A stretch of DNA of 64,000 nucleotides from Cetorhinus maximus (lineage: Eukaryota). The position numbers and the translations under genes are program-made. Position 1 is the first letter of the stretch. The number at the start of each line of letters is the position of its first letter. The DNA lies in the NCBI RefSeq assembly GCF_964194155.1, contig NW_027596599.1:1-64000 (forward strand), in the 5' to 3' direction. A model generated the notes under the pieces. The model had not been told where the DNA came from. It ran no database searches and was given only the letters and a program-made list of their open reading frames with translations. Shown here piece by piece: positions 1 through 12,010 of this stretch.

Positions 1-29
1 TCCGTTAATAAGTATCCCTTGACGTGTTT

Positions 30-390
30 GAGAGTGATAGAATTATTAGCAAGCTGGCTGACAGGAAACATTGTAGGAGTTAAAGGTAGTTACTCTGGCA
101 AAAGATGGGATTGGTGTTGTTACCATTACATTTTGGGTTGGGAATTAAAAGTAATGCATTCCGCAAATTTTGAAATTGTAAGGGATGCAAGGGATGCAGT
201 TAATACAGTGCAGCACCTCAACAAAACACAGGAAGACATTAATGAACTTGCAAGATGCGCATGTAAGTGCCAGATAATAGATGAGTGTGAAGCGTACATT
301 TTAGTGGAATGAATAAGAAAGCCACATGCTCGTTGGAAGGTCAGTGTCTAAGTGGGGTTCCATAACAGGAGATCTGGGAGAAGAGATAAA
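30..390 (+). mobile_element. Degraded CR1-type LINE ORF2 (RT) fragment
   Basis: Degenerate CR1 RT-region wording (gctggctgacaggaaac..., gcaaattttgaa... in place of the FADD region), similar to better-preserved copies in this window. Confidence 0.45.
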
Positions 391-394
391 TCAC

Positions 395-1113
395 AGAATT
401 GTTACAGCACAAAAGGAGGCCATTTGGCTTATTGTGTCTGCACCAGCTCTGTGAATGAGCGTTTCACCTAGTGCAATTCTCCTACCTTCTCCCTGTAACC
501 ATGCACATTTGTATTTTTTTCAAATAATCAATAATCCTTCTTGAATGCCTTGATTGAAGCTGCCTCCACCACACTCTCAGGCGGTGCATTCCAGACCCTA
601 ACCACTCGCTGTGTGATTTTTTTTTCTCATATAGCTTTTCTTCTTTTCCCAGTTACTTTAAATCTGTGACCCCTCATTCTCAATCATTCCACCACTGGGA
701 GTAGTTTCTCCCTATCTGCTCTGTCCAGGCCCCTCTTGATTTAGAATACTTAAATGAGATCTCCCCTCAGCCACCTTTTTTCCAAAAGAGAAAAGAGTCC
801 CAACAACTCCAATCTACCTTCATAACTAAAGTCTCTCATCCTTGAAATAATTCTCGTAAACTCTTCTGCACTCTCTCCAATGCCTTCACATCCTTTGTAA
901 AATGCGGTGCCCAGAGCTGTATGCTGTACTCCAGCTGAGGTCTAACTAGTGTCTTATACAAGATAGCCTCCTTGCTCTTGTAGTCTGTGCCCCTATCAAG
1001 AAAGCACAGGATACTGTATGCTTTAATACCTGCTCTCTCAGCATGTCCTGCCACTTTTAATGACGTGTGTACATGTACACCCGGGTACCTGTGCTCCTGC
1101 ATCCCCTTTAGAG
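395..1113 (-). mobile_element. CR1-type LINE 3' end
   Basis: ORF 836-1117(-) contains LYKTLVRPQLEYSIQLWAPH...ALERVQK, the CR1 ORF2 C-terminal motif, followed by the typical 3' tail. Confidence 0.88.
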
Positions 1114-1114
1114 T

Positions 1115-1370
1115 CACTGACTACAAGTCCTGCAAGTAATGATCATAGGGTTAACGAGAGCAAAAGAAAAAACAAACCCCACACTGGGACTTATTTCTAG
1201 AAGGATAGAATTGAACAACAGAAATTCTGGTAAACCTGCAGAATCTTGGTTAGTCCACGCTTGAGCATGTCTGATCTCCACAATATTCAAATGATTATCA
1301 AGAGCCTGAGGAAGGTGTGAGAAACATTTACAAGGACAAATGAAAAGGACATTAAGTATGGTGGAGGTAT
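1115..1370 (+). mobile_element. CR1 ORF2 C-terminal fragment
   Basis: ggatagaattgaacaacag...cttggttagtccacgcttgag resembles GIE...LVRPHLE. Confidence 0.55.
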
Positions 1371-1389
1371 GCACTCAGTGTTAAACTAT

Positions 1390-2580
1390 ATTATTGCATT
1401 TATTCAATTATTCATTATAACATTTTATTCAACAGAATTTTAAAATCAGGTGTTCTTCAATATTCCAGAGATATTTCAAATTTTGTGCATTTGTGATGGC
1501 AACGATCTGGATCCTTATGGACTTCAAAGCAAAGACTGATAGGACAGAATTCAAGGATCCTTCAAAAGTTCACGGATGGTAAACTGCGTATACTGATCTC
1601 AATCAAAAACTGATCAATGTTTCTTCGCCATGGCTTATCTGTGTACAAATGTTTGTCCAAATCCATCTATTTTAAGTGCTGCAGCTAGCAAGACAGAAAC
1701 TGCATGAAAAGAACAATCCCAATCATCGGGAATATCAATTTTGTTACAGTTGTGGCTCCTTGCTAAAGGCCACAAACCGTGATAATCGTTTGACACAGTT
1801 CATGAAGATTGTAAATAACTGCAATGGTATTTGGTGGTCCATCTGTGCGTTGTACATCATCTGGTTGAAGTGTAGCTATAATTTCGGATGGTCAATGAGT
1901 AATTGCTTTCTATAGGTCAGCATTTTCCCATTGGCTCTCCCAATCCTTACAGGTTATTTTATCCTTGTACAATGTGTTGTTTTGTTTGAGCCATCTGAGA
2001 GCCTCCATGACTTTGGTCTCCTGTATTGGTGCATACACTGTCCTTTTTAAAAACAAGCTTCATTTCAATTTGATTGGTACAACATTAGCATTTTGTGGCA
2101 GTTTCAGTAAACGGATTTCATTCACTGTTGATGGTACATTGACAGTACTACAGTAAATTGCCTTCTGACCTTTTTGTAAAGAGTATCATAAAAGGGGATG
2201 CATTGGCTAATCAATCTGATTTGAGGGGGTCTGAGATTTTCTAACTCGGGAGGCACCACGTCCAGTGACGATTCATTTGCCCACATGTAGTTGTGTAGGT
2301 ATCTATCGTGTCTTAAGAGCAGTGTGACATGCGTTACAGATCCTTGATGTTCCATGTGTTTGCAGGTTCACAGTTTGAGGTTACTTTCAATGGACACTTT
2401 GTATGTCTACTTATGCTCCTCCATCTCATTGTTCAACAAATGCTGTCCAATCGCAGAATCACATCTAACGTTAGTCATTATGTTCTGAGTTATTGTTACC
2501 AAAACTACAGATTGTGTAAGAAAAAACAATGTTTGACTTGCTATTTTTTTTCAAAAGACAGTACAAAGTATTGGAGAATG
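1390..2580 (-). mobile_element. Helitron RepHel N-terminal region (DUF6570-like), pseudogenised
   Basis: Minus-strand translations WANESSLDVVPPELENL..IRLISQCIPF, NVP, LKLPQNANVVPIKLK, and KVMEALRWLKQNNTLYKD match the Helitron motifs AN.L.L..VP.EL..L...E..LI...IPF and KV..AL.WLK.NN.LY.D; multiple frameshifts and stops. Confidence 0.72.
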
Positions 2581-2599
2581 TTTCAGTCATTGACGAGTG

Positions 2600-3245
2600 A
2601 GTTAGATACTGAAGCAGTACATGTCCAGATGCAGCAAGACCTGGACAATATGCAGGCTTGGGTTGACAAGTGGCAAATAATAAATTGCACCGCAGAAGTG
2701 CTAGGCCATGACCATCTTCAACAAGAGAGAATCTAACCATCGCCCCTTGACATTCAATAACATTACCATCGGTGAATGCCCATACTACCAACATCCTGGC
2801 GGTTACCATTGACCAGAAACTGAACTGGGCTAGCCATATAAATACCGTGGCTATAAGAGCAGGTCAGAGGCTAGGAATTATGCAGTGAGTAACTCAACTC
2901 CTGACTCCCCCAACTCACTAAGACTGCTCAGACAGCACCTTCCAAACCAACAACCACTACCATCTAGAATGACAAGGGCAGCAAACAAATGGGAACATCA
3001 CCACCTACAAGTTCCCCTCCAAGCCACCCCCCATCCTGACTTGGAAATTTATCGCCGTTCCTTCACTGCCACTGGGTCAAAATCCTGGAATTCCCTCCGT
3101 AACAGCACTGTGGATGTACTTGCACCACAGGGACTGCAGTGGTTCAAGATGGAAGCTGACAACTACCTTCTCGAGGGCAATTCGGGATTGGCAATAAATG
3201 CTGGCCCAGCCAGTGACACCCACATCCCAAGAATGAATAAAAGAA
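2600..3245 (+). mobile_element. CR1/L2-clade LINE 3' fragment
   Basis: DTEAVHVQMQQDLDNMQAWVDKWQ and SFTATGSKSWNSL, plus the tail gggcaattcgggattggcaataaatgctggcc...gaatgaataaaa. Confidence 0.88.
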
Positions 3246-3628
3246 TTTGCCTGGGTTTGTATATACACTGTATAACTCCTGCCAACGCAAGGTGGGTTCC
3301 AATCGCGCTTCACTGCATCCATACTCGTCTAGGTGCAGAAATCCACCCTCATAAATAGTGATAGCTTAATTTCCGTGTATCCCCAATATGGCAACACATT
3401 TCTTGGGTTTGTGAGGTCCAGGGCTTTACCTCGAAACCTACTTGGTTTTGACTTCAACCTTTTTTGGCTCATCAGGCTCTGATTTTTAGCAAAGTTTGTG
3501 GAGATTAGTGTTCGCTATTAAAACAAAGGTGCAATTGTAAGGAGCATTTTAGATTTGTGAAAGAAATTATGATTCAAGGTTGGGTGAGTTGTTTAATGTG
3601 GGCGTTGTTTAACCTGTGAGCATTAATG

Positions 3629-3670
3629 AGCGCGCATGCGCTCTACTGTGCAGTGCTCCCTATAAAGACT
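3629..3670 (+). promoter_or_regulatory. Candidate Pol II promoter at the edge of a CpG island (NRF1-like site plus TATA)
   Basis: gcgcgcatgcgc (NRF1-like palindrome) at about 3630-3642 and tataaa at 3661-3666; CpG-rich from about 3620 to 4560; CCAAT box (ccaatcag) at 4550-4557. Confidence 0.5.
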
Positions 3671-3699
3671 GGCGGCGCCACAGAAGCTGAGAGAGCAGT

Positions 3700-3842
3700 C
3701 GAGGCTTGGTGGCGGAGCGGAGACTGGGAGAGGAGCGGGGGCTTGGTGGCGGTGCAGAGACCGGGAGAGGAGCCGGGGCTTGGTGGCGGTGCAGAGACCG
3801 GGAGAGGAGCAGGGGCTTGGTGGCGGTGCAGAGACCGGGAGA
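3700..3842. repeat. 37-bp minisatellite, about 4 copies
   Basis: gcttggtggcgg recurs at 3704, 3741, 3778 and 3815. Confidence 0.92.
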
Positions 3843-4007
3843 CATTCCTGGATGGGAGACCTCAGCCTCTCCATTCGGTTAATGGACGCAGGAGGTTAGG
3901 ATGTAAAATGTCGATGGGAAGCCGAGGATCCGGGTGGGAGGCCCCGCTAACCGGGAGTTGGAAATGTGGGAATGTTGTTTTGAGACCGCAAGTTGAGCCT
4001 TGGCGAC

Positions 4008-4545
4008 AATTCCGGGCCCCGCCCCCGAATTCCGGGCCCCGCCCCCGAATTCCGGGCCCCGCCCCCGAATTCCGGGCCCCGCCCCCGAATTCCGGGCCCC
4101 GCCCCCGAATTCCGGGCCCCGCCCCCGAATTCCGGGCCCCGCCCCCGAATTCCGGGCCCCGCCCCCGAATTCCGGGCCCCGCCCCCGAATTCCGGGCCCC
4201 GCCCCCGAATTCCGGGCCCCGCCCCCGAATTCCGGGCCCCGCCCCCGAATTCCGGGCCCCGCCCCCGAATTCCGGGCCCCGCCCCCGAATTCCGGGCCCC
4301 GCCCCCGAATTCCGGGCCCCGCCCCCGAATTCCGGGCCCCGCCCCCGAATTCCGGGCCCCGCCCCCGAATTCCGGGCCCCGCCCCCGAATTCCGGGCCCC
4401 GCCCCCGAATTCCGGGCCCCGCCCCCGAATTCCGGGCCCCGCCCCCGAATTCCGGGCCCCGCCCCCGAATTCCGGGCCCCGCCCCCGAATTCCGGGCCCC
4501 GCCCCCGAATTCCGGGCCCCGCCCCCGAATTCCGGGCTCCGCCCC
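4008..4545. repeat. 20-bp perfect minisatellite (aattccgggccccgcccccg)n, about 27 copies
   Basis: Directly visible; units are identical except the last. Confidence 0.99.
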
Positions 4546-4570
4546 TTGCCCAATCAGAGGTTTTAATGGA

Positions 4571-4737
4571 GAGAGACACAGTTAACGCTTCGAGTCAGAA
4601 ATGATGAGGAGTCGTTCGGAGTTGAAGTGTTAACTGTGTCTCTCTCTCCGCAGATGCTGTCGGGCCTGCTGAGTTTTTACAGCTATTGTTGTTTTTCTTC
4701 TAGATTTCCAGCATCCGCAGTATTTTGCTTTTATCTT
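4571..4737 (+). mobile_element. Penelope-derived hairpin element with a 15-bp flanking direct repeat
   Basis: gttaac...cagatgctg...cctgctgagt...ccagcatccgcagtattttg body; agaggttttaatgga at both 4556-4570 and 4738-4752. Confidence 0.8.
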
Positions 4738-5299
4738 AGAGGTTTTAATGGACGTGCTTGAGGTTTCAATCAGATCAGCCATGATCTTCACCTGAAGGGT
4801 GACCCATTCGAGCTTTTTAAAATTGAGAAGTTTTAATGGATACAGAGATAACATTTCCTATAGTGAGGAAGGGCTGATTCAGTGAGCCATTGCCAGCTCT
4901 GGCCAGACCACCCAAGGCTGTATTGACTCCTGCTCTCCATTGTTAAAATAACTATTGAATCATAGCCAGAGAATCACTATTCAAAGACCATCCAAGAATG
5001 CAAAAGGAGCAGCAAAGACATCTTGGACTAAATAGCCATTCGTGTTGTCAATGTAAGAGGGGAAACGTTTTATGCTGGATACATCCTAACATATGACTTG
5101 CATCTCACTAACTGAATTCATTTCCATCTTATTCAATTTTAAAAATCTGCTTCTTTCCACATTATGTTCACAACTGGCTCTCAATCTCCGAATAACATCT
5201 GCACGTCGCTGTGCAGCATCATTGTCTGTATATGGTACGGCAACCATTATGCAGGCTATCTTTTTGTTTGCCTCTTCCATGTTTCTTTCACCAAGTCAC

Positions 5300-5775
5300 T
5301 TCACAGGCATATAATTTTTTCTGAGGAATAATTCCAGTCTTTTGTGCTATTTGGTATGAAGTGGTTTGGATGTGATTGTGTGTAACATTGGAGAGGCTGG
5401 TGTTGGTGTTTTTACTCTTGCAGTGGGTTACTTGTTTTAACACATGATGGGATATCAACAGTAACTTCATGATGAACTGCTTTGTAGAACAGTGTAAGCC
5501 TACTTGGCTGTCTTCATTGTCATGTAGGCCTCTCCAGAGATTTAATCATAGACATAACACTGCATATCCCAGCACAGTCATTGAAGATGAGCAGTTCTGT
5601 CAAACTATTTCCAGTTTGTTTCCAAGGTAGACTTGGTAGGGGTCCCAGACTGTTGCTGCATCTCCAATTTGAGATGGGACCAAAGCCTTGTAAGCAGAAA
5701 TCTTGACACTTATGCTGTATTTAGTTAGATTTCTCCTCACAAATGCTAGGATTTTCCTGTATGGTTTTATGAGGC
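5300..5775 (-). mobile_element. Crack/Daphne-like (L2/Jockey group) LINE ORF2 C-terminus
   Basis: KILAFVRRNLTKYSISVKISAYKALVPSQIGDAATVWDPYQ; second copy at about 19660-20130. Confidence 0.7.
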
Positions 5776-5788
5776 AACTTGAGGAATA

Positions 5789-6089
5789 ACAGTAAGATAA
5801 AAGCCAAAAACTGCAGATGCTGGAAATCCAAAACAAAACCAAAAACAAAAATACCTGGAAAAACTCAGCATGTCTGACAGCATCTGCAGAGAGGAATACA
5901 GTTAGACAAGGGCAGCAAACACATGGGAACATCACCACCTGCAAGTTCCCCTCCAAGCCACCCACTATCCTGACTTGGAAATATATTGCCGTTCCTTCAC
6001 TGTCACTGGGTCAAAACGGACTCTAAACGTTAACCGTATTCCTCTCCGCAGATGCTGTCAGACCTGCTGAGTTTTTCCAGGTGTTTTTG
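5789..6089. mobile_element. Penelope-derived palindromic element with an internal LINE piece and a 10-bp flanking direct repeat
   Basis: Inverted arms at about 5841-5904 and 6030-6090; ttgaggaata at 5779-5788 and 6090-6099; LINE-tail piece at about 5905-6015. Confidence 0.8.
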
Positions 6090-6250
6090 TTGAGGAATAG
6101 CACCCCATCATTCAACTTGGCGCTCTCCAGCCTTCTGAACTCAACATCGACATCAACAACTTTTGATCATAACCTCAGCCCCCACTTTGTTCTGTTTTGC
6201 TGGGTTGATCGTGTCTTTTCCTTTATCGCTTCATTGGTTGCTATATAGCA
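6090..6250 (+). mobile_element. Penelope GIY-YIG C-terminal fragment
   Basis: gaggaatagcaccccatcattcaacttggcgctctccagccttctgaactcaacatc resembles LEEQHLIFRLGTLQPSGLNI. Confidence 0.7.
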
Positions 6251-6743
6251 GGCTACTCCAACCCCTAGCTCACTATCCAGCCTGCCATGCATCTCTATCT
6301 GGCTCATGGAGCCAGTTTTCAAAATACCATAAGTGAAGTGAAAGATTCAACAAGGAGCTGATCCTCCATTCACAGGCCATTTCAGTCAGCAGCAACAGTA
6401 ACAGTTCACACTTGTGACTGATGAAATTTAATGCATATGTCCTCCCATTTTACTATCCTGTCTGTGTCCTCATAAAGTTCCTCTTCTGAAGGTTCACTTT
6501 ACGTGTAACGCCCCTGTTCAAATTTTCCTGATACTTTGATCTGATTTGGTTGATTTTTCCCAGATTACACCGGTATTGCTAACGGAAATGAGTGGAAACT
6601 CTACACCCAGAAATCCAGGTCCTGAACTCCCAATCAATAACTGAATATTTACTGATATAACATGTGCTGTCATTTACTGTAGTTTTTCTTGGCATTTCAC
6701 TGTTTCATTGCCAGAGTTTAACTTATAATTTTTTGTCTATCAG

Positions 6744-7048
6744 TTGGACAGGAAGAAGTATTTGCTGTCGATGGTTCATCACCTTTACTGGATCCTAAAA
6801 TTGGAGCTGATCTGAGCAGAAGTGATGTTGTATGGGAGTTCACTGCTAGTAAAAAAGGCCTCTTACTATCTTGGATTATGTTGCTAATTACTCTAAACTG
6901 GAGCCAAATGAACAGTTCAAATTACATTTACGTTTTAATGTGTCCACTGGCTCTCTGAGAATAATTAATGCAACATCTAGAGACCAAAGAGTTTATAAAA
7001 TCACTGTAGATGGAAAACTGAGAGGAAGTGGAGTTTTGAAACTCATTG
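6744..7048 (+). pseudogene. Ig V-set exon without cysteines (CD2/SLAM/CEACAM/HEPACAM-like), 1-nt frameshift
   Basis: Acceptor ttttgtctatcag; GQEEVFAVDGSSPLLDP..SDVVWEF / ILDYVANYSK..LRFNVSTGSLRIINATSRDQRVYKITV; phase-1 GC donor g|gcaagt; frameshift at the A6 run 6851-6856. Confidence 0.8.
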
Positions 7049-8319
7049 GCAAGTAATTCCATTACTTTGAAAGTGATGCAGCTTGTGAATTATTGACTAC
7101 CAAACTTAAGAAACATGACATAGGATTTGTGCTTGTTGTTGTTGAAGACAAAACTAGATTCCTTATCTTTAAAGGAAGACAAAAATGAAATGTGAAAAAA
7201 TTGATTGTAGCCCTTCAGACCCTGTCCATTGCTGCGATATGTCTCTTATCCTGTGGAGTAGGGAGAATAGATGAAGAAAGGATTGAGGGTAAGTTGGGAA
7301 GGGGAGAGAGGATGGAAGATGAAGGGGAGAGTATCATGGAGGTGATAAGGTTGGTGTGAGGATGGTGCAGAGAGAGCCTGGCAGGAACAGGAGCTTGGTA
7401 TAGAGTAAAATCTTCAGTTCAATCCACAACTACCAAATTGCCCCCAAAGCATTTGTATTTGACATGATCATTTTTTTGTGTTGCTTGTAATGCCTTGTCT
7501 TGAGCATTAACTTTTTTTCTCTTGGTTGCTCAGTGCTGACAGGCAGCTGGAATCCGGGGAGGCAACTGAGGAGGAAGAAGTGCAACTGGTACTTATACTT
7601 TTTTTTTGGAAGTCCGCAGCCTCTGACAACTGAGTAAACTCAATGTTTGAATCCTTCCCCAGATCTTTAACATCAAATCGTGGACTTTTGAGAACTTTTG
7701 TCCACACAGCTCTCATCGGTATTCTGCCTGTTGTAACTTCCCCGCTCTCATCTGATCCCAGTCACCTCTTTTATGGTCAACACTTCAGGTGCTACCAAAC
7801 ATTTTAAAACTCCTTACATTTTGAAACTTCTAACACAATCACTGGTGAGGCTCAGGGTGATTTCTGCAATAACATGAGCAGAGATACATTTAAAAGACTG
7901 AGGCATCAAAGCCCTATGAGCCCAGCCTAAAAGCTCACATGGATTCCTGTAGAACAGAACCCGAGATGGAGCAAAGATATGAAAGCTTAAATGACCATTT
8001 TAATTATACACCCAACCAATTCTCAGGTCTGCATCTAATTGCTTCCATTGCAGTACCTAACTCGATCAGATCTCAAGAACGAATGAATAAAGGAACGCAG
8101 CCATACTGCACGTATCCACCTCTGTTACTACATTAATGAACTGAGTTATTCAACTCAGTTTACCTTTAACCAATCTGTGCTTACTTTCAATTATTTTTCA
8201 AGCACCAACCAATTTTGTCCTGGATTATTGTTTCTAAAAGCTTTCCCACCACTGCCATTAGGCTGCCTGACCTGTAGTTGCTGAGTTTATCCTTCTCTCC
8301 TTTTTAAAGAAATAATTGA

Positions 8320-8705
8320 ATGGTTCACTCTACATGCAATGGGGAAGTGGCTCGGTATATGAGGCACAGCAAACATACCGGAGGAAGTTCAGAAGACCCA
8401 CTCGGAGCATGTTGCTCCCTGAGCCAAGCTGCTCCAGCGTAGTGATGACTGGCATTTACACAGAAAAAAAAGATAATCCTAATGTGGCCATGTACAGTCC
8501 ACGTGTCGACCAAAGCAGACAATGCTGGACAAGCTCAGCAAGTTGAGCCGCATCTGTGAAGAAAGAAGCAGAGAAAACATTTCAGGCTGATGACCTTTTG
8601 GAATGTGGAAAATGTTAACTGTTTTTCTCTCTCCTTTAATGCTGCCTGATTAATTGAGGGTTTTGAGCATTTTGTATCCAGCATGTGCAGGATTTTGTGT
8701 TTTAA
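8320..8705 (+). mobile_element. Penelope GIY-YIG remnant plus hairpin element
   Basis: Degenerate C..CG.VY.G.T.R....R..EH wording at 8330-8410, followed by the palindromic body at 8505-8705. Confidence 0.55.
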
Positions 8706-8935
8706 AGAAGTGGAGTGATAGTGGGAATCGGCAGCAGTACCATCGTGCAGCACCTAGACGATGCTGACAGTTTTTGTGATAGGGTTATGGCATTGGAAGT
8801 TCAGTTCCGGATTGATGTAGGGAGGCACGTGTGAAGGGCAGAGCTCTTTTTTTAGTTAACTACACTAACTTAATGTGAAGCGGTGATGTCCTTATGCTCA
8901 GTCCTATTTAGCTGTTCATTCATTGTCTCCGGCAG

Positions 8936-9191
8936 AACCACTGTCTGAACCTCCGATCAATGATTTCCATGTGAATACCACCATTGAACTGACTTGTCAA
9001 GTTCCTTCGGGGAAAGTGAGTTCCATTCAGTGGTGGAAGGATGGTGAAATGATAGTGAATGGCCAACATTATCAGTTGGTGAAAAACAACAGCACATTGA
9101 TTATTTCTGAAGCCAACAAATCAGCCTGTGGAAACTACACTTGCAGAGTGGAGAACCCTGTTAGCAAGAGTTCACACTCTTTCTGTGAATG
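8936..9191 (+). pseudogene. Ig C2-set exon of the same IgSF gene
   Basis: Acceptor ccggcag; EPLSEPPI..TTIELTCQVPSG..IQWWKDG..NNSTLIIS...CGNYTCRVENPVS; donor gtgagt at 9192, reached in phase 2, which implies a small deletion just before it. Confidence 0.85.
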
Positions 9192-9519
9192 GTGAGTCAA
9201 GCCAGTCAGTCAATTCCATTTAATAGTTGAAATCAATATTCCACTGATGTGCATTGAACTCCACCTTGCTAAAGTGGTTAATATAAGAATTTGTATCTTT
9301 CCATGACAAGGGAAATGAGTAGGATGGGAAATCACAGATCGGTAGTGTAAAATGTCCTGTTGCGCACACCCAGCACCAGAATAAAAAATCTCGCAGTTTT
9401 CTTCAGAGTAAACAGGCTCCCAATGCAGGAAATGGAATATTGCTGCAGTGATGCACACCCTTCTGACTAAAGGAGCCCTGATAGATTGTTGGGCAGAATG
9501 GAGAGGACTTGGAACCATA

Positions 9520-12010
9520 GAAAAGTTATGGTGCCGAAAGAGGCAATTCAGCCTATTGCGTCTTCGCCAGTCAAAAAAGTGAAATAAGTAAACTAGCCGC
9601 TCATTTTAAGCTCACTTTCCAGTACCTGGTCTGTAGCCTTGCAGGTTACAGCATTTCAAATGCAGATCTAGGTACCTTTCAAATGAGTTGAGCATTTCAG
9701 CCTCAATCACCAACATAGGCAGTGAATTCCAAATGCCCACCACCCTCTGGGTGAAGAAGTTTTTTTTTTCTCATGCTCCTTCTAATCCTTGTACCAATCA
9801 CCTTAAGTCTATGCCCCCTGGTAATTCACCCCCCAGCTAGGGGAAAGAAGTCTTTCCAGTCTACCCTATCTAGGCCCTTCATAATGTTATATGCCTCAAT
9901 TTGGTCACCCCTTAGCCTCCTGTTCGAAGGAAAACAACTCTACCCTGTCCAATCACTCATAGCTGTAATTTTGAAGCCCTGGCAATGTTTTTGTAAGTCT
10001 TCCTCTCTGCACTCTTTCCAGAGCAATTATGCCCTTCCTGTAATATTGTGACCAGAGCCGTGTACACAATTCTAGCTATGGCCTAACTAGCATTTTGCAC
10101 GGTTCCATCATTACATCCCTGCTTTTGTATTCAATACCTCGTCCAATAAAGGAAAGCATTTTATATGCTTTCTTGACCACCATGCCCACCTGTCCTGCCA
10201 CCTTCAAGGACCTGTGGACATGCACTGCAAGGTCTCTCACTCCCTCAACTCTCCTCAATAACTTCCTGTTCAATGAGTATTCCCTTGCTTTGTTTGCCCT
10301 CCCCAAGGGCATCACATCGCACTTTTCCTAACTATTACATTTGCCATTTCTCTTCCCACTCAATCAAACCATTGATTCATTCTGGAGTTGACATCTATGC
10401 TGTTCACTATCAACTACACAGCTGATTTTTGTGTCCTCTGCAAACTTCCCAATTATGCCTCCCACATTAAAGTCCAAATCATTAATATATATGACAAACA
10501 ACAAAGGCCCCAATACTGGCCCCTGTGGAACACCACTGGAAATCATTTTCCATTTGTAAAAACATCAATTGACCATTACCCTTTGTTTCCTGTCACAGAG
10601 TCAAATTTGAATCCAACCTGCCACCTTCCCCTGTCTCCCCTGAGATCTTACTTTCCTGGCTGGTCTGCTCAGTAGGACCTTGTCAAATGCCTTCAACATC
10701 CAATGCGATACCGTCATCAATCCTCCTGACTATCTTTGATCAATCTGTGCCTCTCTAAGTGACAGTTTATCCTGTCTGTCTCTCTCTCTCTCTCTCTCCG
10801 AATTGTTTCCAATAACTTGCCCACCAATGAAGTCAGGCTGACTGGCCTCCCAATTTTCTGGCTTATCCCTCGCGCCCTTTTTAAATAATGGTACAACGTT
10901 CTCAGGCCTCCAATTCTCTGGGACCTCGCCTGTATCTAGTGAGGATTGGAAAATTATCCTCGGGGCATCCACTATTCCCTCCCCGTGGCTTCAACAGCCT
11001 GGTATACAATCCATCCGGCCCTGGTGATTTATTCACCTTCAAGGATGCAAGCCCCTCTCGTACTTCCTCTCTCACTGTGCTTATTGTATCTAATGTTTCG
11101 CGCTCCTCCTCGTTAACTAGAATGTCTGCATCACCCCTCTCCTTAGTGAAGACGGAGACAAAGAACTCATTGAGAACGCTACCCACATATGCTGCATCCA
11201 CCCACAATTTACCATGTAAATCTGATAGGCCCTACCTTTTCCTTGGTTATTCTGTTACTCTTAATGTACTTGTGAAACATCTTAGGATTTTCTTTGATTT
11301 TACCTGCCAATATATTTTTTGTATCCCCTCTTTTTGCTTTCCTAATTTCCATTTTAACTTCACCCCTGTAATTTCTATACTCCTTTAGGCTTTCTATGGT
11401 ATGAAGTATTTTGTGTCTGTCATAAGCTTTCAGTTTCTGCTTTATCTTGGCCTGTATGCTTCTGGATACCAGGGGGCACAGATTTGGCAGTAACAAACTT
11501 TTTTATTTGTGGGGACATGTCTACACTGTGCCCATAGAATCTCACCTTTGCCTCCCACTGATTTCACGCAGTTCTTCTTTCTAAAAGCTGTATCCAGTCC
11601 ACTCTCACCAGCTCACCTCTCAGCTTTGTAAAATTTGTCTTGTCCCAATTTAAGAACTTTTAACTCCTGTTCTATCTTTGTCCTTTTTCCATAATGCTAA
11701 ATCTAACTGTATTTTATGGTCACTATCTCCAAAATGGTCCCACACTGCTACTTCTTCCACTTGTCCAGCTTCATTTCTTGAATCTAGAATTGTGCTCCCT
11801 CTCGTTGGGCATCTTAAGTGATGGCTAAAAAAATTCTCTTGAATGCAGCTCAAAATTCTGTGCCCTCTTTGCCCTTCACAATGTTCGTATGCCAATTGAT
11901 TTTAGGGTAGTTGACGTCGCCAACGATTACTGCCCTATTGTTTTTGCAATCATAAATCTGTCTACATATTTGCTTTTCTAACCCCCTTCTGCTATTTGGG
12001 GGTCTATAGC
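9520..12010 (-). mobile_element. CR1 LINE ORF2 (endonuclease to RT to 3' tail), degraded
   Basis: SGVPQGPVLGPLLFVIYINDLD...KFAEDTKI, KSPGPDG, LNEFFVSVFTKE. Confidence 0.93.

Noticed and set aside
4008-4545. CRISPR array or synthetic EcoRI/ApaI linker concatemer
   Set aside because: No spacers or cas genes and a eukaryotic context; the final unit degenerates into a natural GC-box/CCAAT flank
3626-4604. Five long Pro/Arg/Gly-rich ORFs
   Set aside because: Artefacts of a stop-free 20-bp repeat; the unit length is not a multiple of 3 and both strands are open
7507-7716. Possible Gypsy RNase H or extra exon
   Set aside because: Similarity too weak to support by eye
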